A stretch of DNA of 32,000 bases from Candidatus Lokiarchaeum ossiferum (GCA_025839675.1 CP104013.1:2220001-2252000); one strand, 5' to 3'. Shown: positions 1-9,599, counted from the stretch's first letter. The notes: a model not told the origin generated them from the letters alone. A program made the numbers and translations.

Positions 1-530
1 AAGAGAGTAAAGAACATTTACTTCCTTGGATGCCATGGGCGGGAGCAGAACCTGAAGATCTACAAAAAAAAATTGAACGCTTAAGGGGAATGCGAGCAAA
101 TTTCGATTTAGGGAAGGAATATGTTTTTGGAATATTCAACAAATCTGAAACTGAATTGATAGGGGGAAGTGGACTTCATCGACGCGTTGGAGATAAGGCA
201 CTCGAAATTGGTTACTGGATTGATGTAAATTATATTAATCAAGGATTTGCTACCGAGATGGCCAAAGCTTTAACAAAAGTTGCTTTTGAGATTGAAAAAG
301 TAAAACGTGTAGAAATCCATTGTGATCCTAAAAACCTCGCAAGTGCTGCAATCCCAAAAAAGTTGGGTTTTGTACATGAAGCGACTTTACGCCATCGAAA
401 CGTAACATTTGCGGGAGAATCTCGTGGAACAATGGTATGGTCGATGTTATCAGAGGAATATCAGAATTCTTTCATCCCTCAATTAAATATATCTGTTTTG
501 GATGCGATAGGGCGGAAATTTGAGATTTAG
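1..530 (+). CDS. GNAT family N-acetyltransferase (RimJ/RimL-like), 5' end cut by window edge
   Basis: ORF 30..530. The same frame stays open back to nt 3 (ESKEHLLPWMPWA), so the gene starts upstream of the window. The core GYWIDVNYINQGFATEMAKAL...KLGF is typical of RimJ/RimL-type GNAT acetyltransferases. Confidence 0.8.
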   Translation, partial: ESKEHLLPWMPWAGAEPEDLQKKIERLRGMRANFDLGKEYVFGIFNKSETELIGGSGLHRRVGDKALEIGYWIDVNYINQGFATEMAKALTKVAFEIEKVKRVEIHCDPKNLASAAIPKKLGFVHEATLRHRNVTFAGESRGTMVWSMLSEEYQNSFIPQLNISVLDAIGRKFEI

Positions 531-635
531 ATATTCTTCAAGTTATTTTGTTGGTTTTTTTAGTATCTTAACCCCAAATTTTTTTTGAAATCCTTGTTTT
601 ATCGTTCTTATTAGAAGTACCCATAACTTAGAAAT

Positions 636-3398
636 GTGACTTTAATGAAAGAAGAATTATCAAAAGTATATGATCATCACGCCATTGAAAAGGAATTGTA
701 TGATTGGTGGGAAAAAGAGGGTTATTTCCGACCCGAAAAAGCTAAAGAATTGGGATTGATTAACCCTGATGAACCCAGTTATTGTATCACACTCCCTCTT
801 CCAAATGTAACAGGTCAACTTCATTTAGGACATGCCATCACGATTTCCTTAGAAGATTTGATGACACGTTTTAATCGTATGTGCTATAAAGAAACTTTAT
901 TTATTCCGGGCACAGATCATGCTGGGATCGCCACTCAGAATGTTGTTGAGCGAGAATTATTAAAACAAGGTATTAAACGGAAGGATTTGGGAAGAGAGAA
1001 GTTTATTGAAAAAGTATGGGAATGGAAAGATCAATACCATGCCCGTATTACCAAACAATCAAAAAGCTTAGGAATTAGTTCCGATTGGAGCCGTGAACAT
1101 TTTACCTTAGATGAAGATCTTTCTAGAGCTGTCCGAGAAGCTTTTTATCGCTTATATCAAAAGGGATTAATTTATCGTGGGGAATATATGGTTAATTGGT
1201 GCCCTGGCCGATGTGAATCCGCAATTTCGGATCTTGAAACCGAAGCTGTTGATGAACATGGCCATTTATGGTATATCAAATATCCTATCCAAACCGACAA
1301 GTGGAATGGACCTACGGATAAATGGGGGAGTGGAAATTGGGCAAAGGGAGCAGAGCAATTTATAATGGTCGCAACTAGCCGCCCTGAAACGCTTTTAGGA
1401 GATAGTGCGATTGCTACCCATTCCAAACATCCCGAATATGGCACACTCATCGGTAAACATGCAATTTTACCCGCAGTAGGAAGAAAAGTTGCAATCATTA
1501 CAGACGAACATGTTGATCCCGAATTTGGAACAGGAGCAGTTAAAATTACCCCATCACATGATCCGAATGATTTTGAAGTAGGACAAAGGCATTCATTAGA
1601 ATTCATCACAGTAATGGATCATAAATCCCGAATGCTTCCAAATTTCTGTGAATTGTATACGGGTATGGATCGTTATGAATGCCGCGAAGCGATAGTTGCC
1701 GATTTGGAAAAGGAAGGATTACTTGTTAAGGTAGAACCCCACGTTCATGCCGTAGGTCATTGTTCACGCTGTCATACAACCATAGAACCTCGAGTTTCGA
1801 TTCAATGGTTTGTCAAAACTAAAACTCTTGCTGAAGCAGCCATCGAGAAAGTGAAAGCTAAAGAAACAATCATAATGCCTGAACGGGAAGAACATCGATT
1901 TTATCATTGGATGGGCAATATTCGCGATTGGTGTATCAGTCGCCAACTATGGTGGGGACATCAAATTCCTGTATGGTACTGTAAAGATTGTGGAGAAAAA
2001 ATTTGTCCAGAACCCCATATCAATGAGGTTACGGAATGTCCCAAGTGTAAAAGCCACACAATTGAACGCGATCCAGATGTATTGGATACCTGGTTTTCAA
2101 GTGGATTGTGGCCTTTTTCCACCTTAGGATGGCCAAATACTGAATCTCCCGATTTCAAGCGATTTTATCCCACGACGACGAGAGAAACAGGCTATGATAT
2201 TCTCTTTTTCTGGGTTGCTCGTGAAATGATGATGGGGATCGAATTAACTGGAAAATCACCATACAAGTATGTCTACCTTCATGGGCTAATTCGGGATGAA
2301 AAAGGGAAAAAAATCAGTAAATCCATGGAAGATGTGGATAAATATGATCCATTGCTCATCATTGATAAACAGGGAGCAGATTCACTCCGTTATGTGTTGA
2401 TTTCCAACAGTGTTCCAGGGATGGATACGAATTTAGACCCACGCAATTTAGATGCCGCCCATAGATTCTGCAACAAAATCTGGCAGGCTTCGCGATATGT
2501 GCTAAGTAATATTCATGAAGAAGACACTATCCCACTTCTCGCAGATATTAAGTACGACCAATTACAATTTTCTGATAAATGGATTTTATCCCGTTTAAAC
2601 AACCTCATTGGAGATATCAGCAGATATATGGAGGAATTTGACTTCCTACGGGCTTCTCGGGAATTGAAGTCTTTCTTCTGGAGTGAATTCTGTGATTGGT
2701 ATATCGAACTCAGCAAAATTCATCTATATGACGAACAAAATACAAATACGGGCATTCAAAAATCAGTATTGTTACATGTTCTAAATACAGTCTATCGTTT
2801 AATGCACCCCATCATGCCATATCTTACCGAAAAATTATGGCAAGCCCTTCCCGATCAATACCATAAAGTACCAACCATCATGTATGCGAAATGGCCAGAA
2901 GTTGAAAATCAATATATCAAGGAAGATATTGAACAAAGTTTCACTGTTATTTCAGAATTTATTCGAGAAATTCGCAGAGTAAAACATGATTTTGGTGTCA
3001 GTCTTGGAATGCAAGTTCCTTTACAGATCGAATTGGGAGAGACCCCAGACGTGTTTGCCCTAGGACGACGCGAATTCGTTGAAATGGCAAAAATTGATCC
3101 TGCTCAACTCCTAATTGCTAAAAAAATTGATGCTCCAAAACAATCTGCGAAAATTGTATTGCATAATATTGCGGGATACATCCCTTTGGCCGGTATGATT
3201 GATTTGGAGAAAGAAAAAGAACGGGTAACCAAGCAGTTGGAAAAAATTGAAAAATTTATCCAAAAAATCAACAAAAAACTCAATAGTGATTTTGCCAAAC
3301 GAGCCCCGAAAGAGTTAATTGACAAAGAAAACGAAAAACTTGAAGAATATAAGCATAAAAAAGCAGAAATGGAAGAGCAACTTGCTATTTTTCAATAA
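636..3398 (+). CDS. valS: Valyl-tRNA synthetase, type 1 (with C-terminal coiled-coil tRNA-binding arm)
   Basis: 920-aa ORF. Class I HIGH motif (PNVTGQLHLGHA) and KMSKS motif (GKKISKS). The CP1/editing region and the C-terminal LEKEKERVTKQLEKIEKFIQKINKKLNSDFAKRAPKELIDKENEKLEEY match the ValRS coiled-coil arm. Start is GTG 636 or in-frame ATG 645. Confidence 0.93.
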   Translation: MTLMKEELSKVYDHHAIEKELYDWWEKEGYFRPEKAKELGLINPDEPSYCITLPLPNVTGQLHLGHAITISLEDLMTRFNRMCYKETLFIPGTDHAGIATQNVVERELLKQGIKRKDLGREKFIEKVWEWKDQYHARITKQSKSLGISSDWSREHFTLDEDLSRAVREAFYRLYQKGLIYRGEYMVNWCPGRCESAISDLETEAVDEHGHLWYIKYPIQTDKWNGPTDKWGSGNWAKGAEQFIMVATSRPETLLGDSAIATHSKHPEYGTLIGKHAILPAVGRKVAIITDEHVDPEFGTGAVKITPSHDPNDFEVGQRHSLEFITVMDHKSRMLPNFCELYTGMDRYECREAIVADLEKEGLLVKVEPHVHAVGHCSRCHTTIEPRVSIQWFVKTKTLAEAAIEKVKAKETIIMPEREEHRFYHWMGNIRDWCISRQLWWGHQIPVWYCKDCGEKICPEPHINEVTECPKCKSHTIERDPDVLDTWFSSGLWPFSTLGWPNTESPDFKRFYPTTTRETGYDILFFWVAREMMMGIELTGKSPYKYVYLHGLIRDEKGKKISKSMEDVDKYDPLLIIDKQGADSLRYVLISNSVPGMDTNLDPRNLDAAHRFCNKIWQASRYVLSNIHEEDTIPLLADIKYDQLQFSDKWILSRLNNLIGDISRYMEEFDFLRASRELKSFFWSEFCDWYIELSKIHLYDEQNTNTGIQKSVLLHVLNTVYRLMHPIMPYLTEKLWQALPDQYHKVPTIMYAKWPEVENQYIKEDIEQSFTVISEFIREIRRVKHDFGVSLGMQVPLQIELGETPDVFALGRREFVEMAKIDPAQLLIAKKIDAPKQSAKIVLHNIAGYIPLAGMIDLEKEKERVTKQLEKIEKFIQKINKKLNSDFAKRAPKELIDKENEKLEEYKHKKAEMEEQLAIFQ

Positions 3399-3489
3399 TA
3401 TTCTTTATTTAAAAACACTGAAGTATTTTTTCCTTTTTATTCTCTAGAGTTTTGAAATATCTTTATTTAAGGCGGCAAATAAACTATAA

Positions 3490-5115
3490 TTGATGAAAAC
3501 TCGTAAAGAAATTGTGATATTTGGTCTGGTATTTGTTATATTTCTTAGCTTTTTTGGGATATTTTCCATTTTTCCAGCAAATATTCGTCGAACTTACAAT
3601 CAAACAACGGTGACTTCAGATGGTGTATCAATTGTTTATGATATCTTTGAACCAAATTCAGATACACCTTCATTAAGAACTGGTGTTATTCTGGGACATG
3701 GAGTGATGGTGAATAAAAATTTCATGCGAACTATTGCCCTCGATCTTGCTTCCCAAGGGTTTGTGGCAATAGCTTTAGATTTTCGGGGACATGGAAGGAG
3801 TGGTGGAACTCTTGAGGAAGGTGATATCACTACTGATATTCTCGCCATTAAGGAAGTAATGGCTCAACGGGGAGATATTAATATGACCAATCTTGGCTAT
3901 ATAGGCTATTCTATGGGAGGTGGAGCGGGATTTCGATTATTGGATACCGATCCAGATTTTAAAGCCATGGTAAGTCTGGCAGCAGGGGGAAGAACTCAAT
4001 ATAATACCCCAAATTTGTTAATTCTTCAAGGTAAATGGGATGAAGCATTTAGTTTAACGGGAGTTTTGGAATACATGACAGATAAAACAGGTCTTTCGGA
4101 AGAAGAAATTGAAACGGATCGTTTGTATGGATCTTTTCAGAATGGAACGGCATTGAAACTGTGTATCGCCAATACTGATCATCTTCTGGCACCTTACAAT
4201 TATAATAACGTCCGAGAAACGAGATTTTGGTTTTTACAAGCCTTGAATGGAGAAACATCCCCGAATTCCACCTTCACAAATTATTTTCTGCTTCTTTCTA
4301 GTGTGATCTTAGCAACTTTATCTGGGATTTATTTATTTCTCTTAGGAACAGATCTGGTTTTATCGAAAATTTACCCTTCATTGCAACCGAAGGAACTAAC
4401 TGAAGCAAATTTAGTATTAGATCAATCTGAATTGAAAGTAGTGATGCGCAAGTATTGGATATTTGTCCTCCCCCTATCAATCCCTTGTATGGTTCTGGCT
4501 TTACCTTTGCTACCCGTCCCAATCTTTAATATGGTTCTCTTTTCAGCATTATTATTGGGACCTTCCACTGCAATATTACTTTTTCAGTTTTATATCCTGA
4601 AGAAAAATGGGATGAAATTGAAGGAGTATTATTCTCAATTTTGGACTAAATCCACCATCAAAAATTGTTTTACGGGGCTCCTTTTTGGTATGCTTTTTTA
4701 TATCATCCTTAATTTGACAATAGGATATATTTTTGGAATTGTTCCAAGCACTACCAAATGGGGATGGGCAATATTATTCTTTGTGGTTATGCTTTTCATC
4801 CAATTTAATCTTGCACAATTTTTCCAACCCGTTGTGCTTCAAGGAAACGGCTTTAATACATTAAAACAAAAATTTCGGGGACAATGGTCGGTTTTTATTT
4901 TATTTTTTAGCCCGATAGTGATGCTGGTTTTGATATCCCTTTTGATCTTCCAAAGTTGGTTCAATATACAATTTCTTCTCCCGCTACTTCCATTGATTAT
5001 AATCATAAATCTCATTTCTGGGAGGTTTTACCAAAGAAGTCATGATGTGATGATAGCTGTATTTACAAATAGTTTGTACTTAACGCTTCTCTTGATTACT
5101 CTCGCAAATTACTAG
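3490..5115 (+). CDS. Alpha/beta-hydrolase fused to a C-terminal polytopic membrane domain
   Basis: 541 aa. N-terminal TM anchor (IVIFGLVFVIFLSFFGIFSIF). Hydrolase core with HG oxyanion region (GHGVMVNK), DFRGHGRSGG, nucleophile elbow GYSMGG, and later QGKWDE and NTDH (Asp/His candidates). The last ~280 aa are strongly hydrophobic with about 8 predicted helices. TTG 3490 or ATG 3493. Confidence 0.7.
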   Translation: MMKTRKEIVIFGLVFVIFLSFFGIFSIFPANIRRTYNQTTVTSDGVSIVYDIFEPNSDTPSLRTGVILGHGVMVNKNFMRTIALDLASQGFVAIALDFRGHGRSGGTLEEGDITTDILAIKEVMAQRGDINMTNLGYIGYSMGGGAGFRLLDTDPDFKAMVSLAAGGRTQYNTPNLLILQGKWDEAFSLTGVLEYMTDKTGLSEEEIETDRLYGSFQNGTALKLCIANTDHLLAPYNYNNVRETRFWFLQALNGETSPNSTFTNYFLLLSSVILATLSGIYLFLLGTDLVLSKIYPSLQPKELTEANLVLDQSELKVVMRKYWIFVLPLSIPCMVLALPLLPVPIFNMVLFSALLLGPSTAILLFQFYILKKNGMKLKEYYSQFWTKSTIKNCFTGLLFGMLFYIILNLTIGYIFGIVPSTTKWGWAILFFVVMLFIQFNLAQFFQPVVLQGNGFNTLKQKFRGQWSVFILFFSPIVMLVLISLLIFQSWFNIQFLLPLLPLIIIINLISGRFYQRSHDVMIAVFTNSLYLTLLLITLANY

Positions 5116-5285
5116 GGAGAATTTTCTTTTTTCTTATTCCAGATTTCCTTAACTGATGTAGAATCATTGAATCTTAGCGATCTTCTGTTGAGAGCATTGA
5201 TTTCTTATACAAACAACTAAATCGCTGCGGAAATCTAGTTGATTTAAATTAAAAAGCTTGATGAAAATCAAAAAAAAAATAATGT

Positions 5286-6176
5286 TTAACTTCTTAGAAA
5301 AGCCATCTTTTCTTCCAAGTTTAATTCTTTAAAATTCCCAGTTTTTCCATCGATGGTATCTACAATAATATTCTCTAAATCGTCATTATCCACAACGGTA
5401 GATCTAATCGCAAGCTGAATTGATTCATCCAATGACATTTCATCAGAAAATTTTGTCAAAATTTCTTTAGTTATTTTTTCACGCTCATTTCCTATAGCTA
5501 CAACTCTAGTTTCATGAATAGAACCCGATGGATCAAGTAGGAAGAGTTTTGGGCGATTAGTTAAATCAAATCCGCCAATAATAAAACAAGCACCCAATAC
5601 TCGCAAGTCTTTGTTTAAGGTGAATTTGTGGAGAAAAAAAGAAAGATCTTCAACTAAAGCGTAAATATCCACAGATTCATTCTTTGTATTCTGATTCATT
5701 ATCTCTTTCGCTTTTTTCATTACTAATTTCCCGTCGGCCATGATTCCAGTCATAGAGATCTCAATTTTTTTTGAAAGTTTTTGCAGTGGTCTCGTATATT
5801 CATTATATCGTAAAGCTGAAAGATCTGGATGGCAAGCAGGGGATTTTCTTTTTAAAAGCACTAATCCATTTTTAGTTTGAATTCCTAAAGATAATAATCC
5901 CTTTTCTGAAGCAATTGTTGCATATTCCACTTGTAAAATTCTTCCATCGGGAGAAAATACTGATTCGAGATCATAGTCTTTAGACCATGCAGTTGGAACA
6001 CTAGACAAATACTGTGTTATTGCACTTCTAACAATCTCTGCTTTATTACCAGCAATTCCGGCACGAATTAAAGAATCTAAGGTTTTTTCCATATTTTCTG
6101 GAATAATTATTCGTAATTCAGGCATATTTTTCACATACTCAAAATTTTTATAGTTATATATCCATCTATAATACAT
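5286..6176 (-). CDS. Proteasome alpha-type subunit homolog with N-terminal ribbon-helix-helix (CopG/Arc-like) domain
   Basis: 296 aa. The alpha-subunit signature YDLESVFSPDGRILQVEYA is followed by a full-length divergent alpha-type body (GIMADGKLV, LGACFIIGGFD, PKLFLLDPSGS, AIGNE). It is preceded by RIIIPENMEKTLDSLIRAGIAGNKAEIVRSAITQYL, which has an RHH pattern. Alternative start ATG 6125 (MPELR). Confidence 0.75.
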   Translation of the reverse strand: MYYRWIYNYKNFEYVKNMPELRIIIPENMEKTLDSLIRAGIAGNKAEIVRSAITQYLSSVPTAWSKDYDLESVFSPDGRILQVEYATIASEKGLLSLGIQTKNGLVLLKRKSPACHPDLSALRYNEYTRPLQKLSKKIEISMTGIMADGKLVMKKAKEIMNQNTKNESVDIYALVEDLSFFLHKFTLNKDLRVLGACFIIGGFDLTNRPKLFLLDPSGSIHETRVVAIGNEREKITKEILTKFSDEMSLDESIQLAIRSTVVDNDDLENIIVDTIDGKTGNFKELNLEEKMAFLRS

Positions 6177-6251
6177 TAAATGGTTAATATAATGGAGTCA
6201 AAATACTTATTTAAAATTGATTGGTAAAAATCCCATCCAGAGGGAATAAAA

Positions 6252-6449
6252 ATGAAAATAATTGATATTCTAAGAAATTCAATAAAAACAACAATTGATG
6301 AGAGAGGAAGAATTTACATTCCTAAAATGGTTCGTGAGCAATATAATTTAGTAAGCAATGATGAATTGTTTATTTTACTTCACAAAGATTGTTTTTATAT
6401 CTATTCAAGCCAAAATCTTGAAAAATTATTTAAAAACATAAAACATTGA
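6252..6449 (+). CDS. AbrB/SpoVT (MazE-like) swapped-hairpin DNA-binding protein
   Basis: 65 aa. TIDERGRIYIPKMVREQYNLVSNDELFIL matches the SpoVT-AbrB domain pattern (GRxxIPkxxRexxxl..gdxl). Divergent from the RHH-proteasome gene. Confidence 0.6.
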   Translation: MKIIDILRNSIKTTIDERGRIYIPKMVREQYNLVSNDELFILLHKDCFYIYSSQNLEKLFKNIKH

Positions 6450-6740
6450 AAAACTAAATTCTTTTCAACAAATTAATGTAAAATTCCTCCTTTGCGCAAA
6501 AGTCATACTGAACAGAACCATTTGGTGATTGATTACCACTTGTATCATTTTATAATGCTTTTATTATGTATTTCTTTCTGTTTTACATTCAATGTTTTTT
6601 TGATTTTTGAGTAGAATCCAATACTCATTTTAATGCAAATTTTCCACAAATTTTAAGAATTACACATAGAAAAAAATCGTGTTTTGAAATATGCTTGATT
6701 TTGTCAAATAAACGTAGCACATTTATAATCTCGATCTTAC

Positions 6741-8504
6741 ATGTATGTTGTTATGAGACATATTTTTTTCCATGGGCCCAAACCTCATCCCGTAAAAGCG
6801 CCTGTTAAATTACCTCTTATCTTTTTAGTGTCTCTTTTACTTCTAAATTCCATACTCGGTTTATGTTATAATCAGAAGACTCAGATTTACTCCCAAGGTT
6901 TAATAAATAGTGAAGAAATTGAATTTAATTCCAAAGATGGAACCTTAATATCAGGGGATCTGTACTTTCCACCATTATTCAGCGAGGATCTCGCACCCTC
7001 TTCATTAAATCTGATCATAATATTACATGGATATCAATCCCATAGAGGAACTTTGACGAATGAAGCATTAAATTTGGCTATGGATGGATATGTTGTTTAC
7101 ACTCCCGATTTGCGGGGACATCAAAAATCAGAAGGAATTTTCACATTTGGTCTACAAGAACCTCAAGATATCTTAGAAGGGCTTCAGATCATTTGCGATG
7201 AGTTCGAGTCTATTGACCCAAATAATGTCGGTCTTCTTGGAAAATCATTTGGGGGCACGATTGCTTTATTGCTTTGCAACCAAAGTAGTATTTTTAAATC
7301 TTGCGTAGCAATGGCCCCAGCAAGTAACCTCTCTAAACTATTACAAAATAATCCAGGATGTCCATCATTGTTTGGGCTTTCTTATAATTATCGTTCAACC
7401 CAAGAAAATATGATTAGGAATCCATCTAATCCCAACAATAACTATGATCAATGTTCAATTCTTTTAATCCATGGCGAACAAGACTCCTTAATCGATGTTT
7501 CATATTCAATCGAGTTCTATGAATCTTTTTTGAATCCATCCAAAGACAATCTTACCATTTTATCTGATTGTAATCACCGGAATGTGGATGGAGTTGAAGC
7601 TCAACACTTAAGTTGTTCTTGGTTTGATCAAAAATTCCATGTAACCACTACTCAAAATCAGATTGTAATGTTACCATTGCTGATTTTAGATTTCTACTGG
7701 ATTCGACTTCTCTTATTTCTTATTAGTGCCGTTATTTTTGGAAATATTAGTAAAAAACTATTTTTTTCACACCTAAGCGAACAAAAACCAAATTTATCTA
7801 AAAATAATTCAGAAATGTTTCAGAACCTTGAACAAAAACATTATTTATCGGATAATAACACTCCGATATTATTAGAAGGCATTTTTTTTATTTTGGGTGG
7901 AAATTTTTGTAATTTTCTAGGTCTTAGTGCATTTTTAGGATTTTTAATTTGCCTTTGCTTCTGTGATTTTATTGCTCTAGGATTTTATCTTGGATTTAAA
8001 AAGAAAAAACAACAATTACATATAGAATGGCGAACCCTATTAAAAACACTCATATTTTCTTTAGTTTTCCCTATGATTTTGATCCCCTATAATCAAATTG
8101 GATACATTTGGAATTTTCCTCAAGTCAATGCACCGGTGTGGAGCTTCTTACTATTATATTCCCTTCTTCTATTAACAACTACTTTTGAATTGAAGCATTA
8201 TAATTTGTTAAAAAATAATTCAAAGGTACCATTCCACCAATATGATCAAACAACTATATTCCGATATATTATTTTTCTGATTTGCTTCTTTTCCCAATTT
8301 CAACAAAAATTCGCCATTTCGGTGGATTTAATCTCAAACTTAACGATCATCGGACCTGCTATAATTCTTTTCTTCATTGCACTATTTTATCTGGGAATCA
8401 TCACTTTACAAAATATCGGGGAAATTAAATTGTTTTATACGAGTGCGCCAGTGTGTTTGTTTTTTACAGCGATCTATTTTCTATTTTCAACGCGAATATT
8501 CTAA
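6741..8504 (+). CDS. Alpha/beta-hydrolase fused to a C-terminal polytopic membrane domain (second copy of this architecture)
   Basis: 587 aa. N-terminal TM (LPLIFLVSLLLLNSILGL). HGYQSH, DLRGHQKSEG, nucleophile elbow GKSFGG, LIHGEQDSLI, CNHRN. The C-terminal ~280 aa are multi-TM. Start could also be ATG 6753. Confidence 0.7.
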   Translation: MYVVMRHIFFHGPKPHPVKAPVKLPLIFLVSLLLLNSILGLCYNQKTQIYSQGLINSEEIEFNSKDGTLISGDLYFPPLFSEDLAPSSLNLIIILHGYQSHRGTLTNEALNLAMDGYVVYTPDLRGHQKSEGIFTFGLQEPQDILEGLQIICDEFESIDPNNVGLLGKSFGGTIALLLCNQSSIFKSCVAMAPASNLSKLLQNNPGCPSLFGLSYNYRSTQENMIRNPSNPNNNYDQCSILLIHGEQDSLIDVSYSIEFYESFLNPSKDNLTILSDCNHRNVDGVEAQHLSCSWFDQKFHVTTTQNQIVMLPLLILDFYWIRLLLFLISAVIFGNISKKLFFSHLSEQKPNLSKNNSEMFQNLEQKHYLSDNNTPILLEGIFFILGGNFCNFLGLSAFLGFLICLCFCDFIALGFYLGFKKKKQQLHIEWRTLLKTLIFSLVFPMILIPYNQIGYIWNFPQVNAPVWSFLLLYSLLLLTTTFELKHYNLLKNNSKVPFHQYDQTTIFRYIIFLICFFSQFQQKFAISVDLISNLTIIGPAIILFFIALFYLGIITLQNIGEIKLFYTSAPVCLFFTAIYFLFSTRIF

Positions 8505-8531
8505 ATTATGACTTTAAAATTTGCAAAACAT

Positions 8532-9152
8532 TTAATTTTTGAAATATCGAAAGGTGCATCTATCATAACCTTTTGCAATTGTTTCAAACTGTGAAAAATT
8601 CGCCCATTTTTGAAAATTATCACTGAAAATCGAATGAAATTTACAAATAATCGGTGTTAATTCAGGATGATCATTATGTAGTAAAATTTTATGCACTAAA
8701 CATTGATGAAAATCAAATCCAAACCGTGACCGTTCATTATAGGTGTATTGAAGCTGGTAATAATCGTTATCATACATTTCGAGATTATTTTTCTGTAATA
8801 AACTCAAAAAATCTTCCCAAGGATTTTCGCTGACTTCTAATGGTGCAGCTAGGGATTTAATTTGGAGATTCATAATATCACAATAGACATTGAGAGAAAT
8901 TTTTTGTAAATCATCAAAAGAAACATTTTGCTTCTCAAGAGTTATGAATAAACTCAATACAAATATAGCACTTGCACCTAAACGTTGACTGATTTCATCG
9001 GGCATTAAAAATGAATTTGATTTGTCGAGAGTTTCGAAGTTAATTCTAAATTTATCAAAGAGGATGCTCCCTTTAGCGTCCCCAAAAAAGGTTTTTAACT
9101 GAGAATTAGTTGTAATCAAGTAAAAATTTTTGGTAGAAGGATGAAAAGCCAT
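8532..9152 (-). CDS. Hypothetical protein, possibly L-2-amino-thiazoline-4-carboxylate hydrolase family
   Basis: 206 aa. The C-terminal pattern HQCLVHKILLHNDHPELTPIICKFH...ETIAKGYDRCTFRY resembles the C..PELTP..C...GxxxCxFR arrangement I remember for the ATC_hydrolase family. This is from memory only. Confidence 0.45.
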   Translation of the reverse strand: MAFHPSTKNFYLITTNSQLKTFFGDAKGSILFDKFRINFETLDKSNSFLMPDEISQRLGASAIFVLSLFITLEKQNVSFDDLQKISLNVYCDIMNLQIKSLAAPLEVSENPWEDFLSLLQKNNLEMYDNDYYQLQYTYNERSRFGFDFHQCLVHKILLHNDHPELTPIICKFHSIFSDNFQKWANFSQFETIAKGYDRCTFRYFKN

Positions 9153-9163
9153 AGAATGAAAAA

Positions 9164-9190
9164 ATAATGGAGATACAATTTTTAAATTTT
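9164..9190 (-). promoter_or_regulatory. 27-bp promoter-like module, copy 1 (upstream of 8532..9152)
   Basis: Minus-strand reading is AAAATTTAAAAATTGTATCTCCATTAT. The A/T box lies about 30 nt before ATG 9152, consistent with an archaeal TATA box and a leaderless or short-leader mRNA. An exact duplicate sits at 9600..9626. Confidence 0.5.
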
Positions 9191-9211
9191 GCCTTGGTCT
9201 AATAAAAAAAG

Positions 9212-9597
9212 TTATTTCATAAGAAGGGCAGGAGTAATATCTTGCAAACTTCGTACCCCTGTCATCAACATTGCTTTTGCAAGATCCTTCTGGAGATATT
9301 CCATTTGTAATTGAACCCCTCTTGATCCACCTCCAATCGCAGCACGAACAACATCCCTTCCAATTAGCACGGCTTCCGCCCCTAAGGCGAGCATTTTCAA
9401 TACATCAAAACCTGTCCGGACGCCTCCATCCACCAAAATTTTGATTTTTCCATCAACGGCTTTAACAATTTCAGCTAAAACGGAGGCAGTACCAGGAGTG
9501 CAATCTAGTACTCTCCCTCCATGATTGGACACCATAATGGCCGAAGCTCCTGTCTTCACAGCCATTAAAGCATCTTCCACGGTCATAATCCCCTTGA
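9212..9597 (-). pseudogene. FMN-dependent alpha-hydroxy-acid dehydrogenase/oxidase (LldD/LOX family), C-terminal third only (fragment 1)
   Basis: The ORF 9212..9586 product VSNHGGRVLDCTPGTASVLAEIV...ILVDGGVRTGFDVLKMLALGAEAVLIGRDVV...GVQLQMEYLQKDL covers only the last ~125 residues of a ~350-aa TIM-barrel enzyme. Homology stops at ~9597, where the 27-bp module begins. Confidence 0.8.
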
Positions 9598-9599
9598 GT

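Noticed and set aside
1172-3325. Seven short ORFs overlapping valS on either strand (1172..1609-, 1177..1365+, 1764..1946-, 1961..2158-, 2513..2716-, 3104..3325-).
   Set aside because: They lie entirely inside a well-supported 920-aa gene. Their products are low-complexity with no recognisable motifs. They are shadow ORFs.
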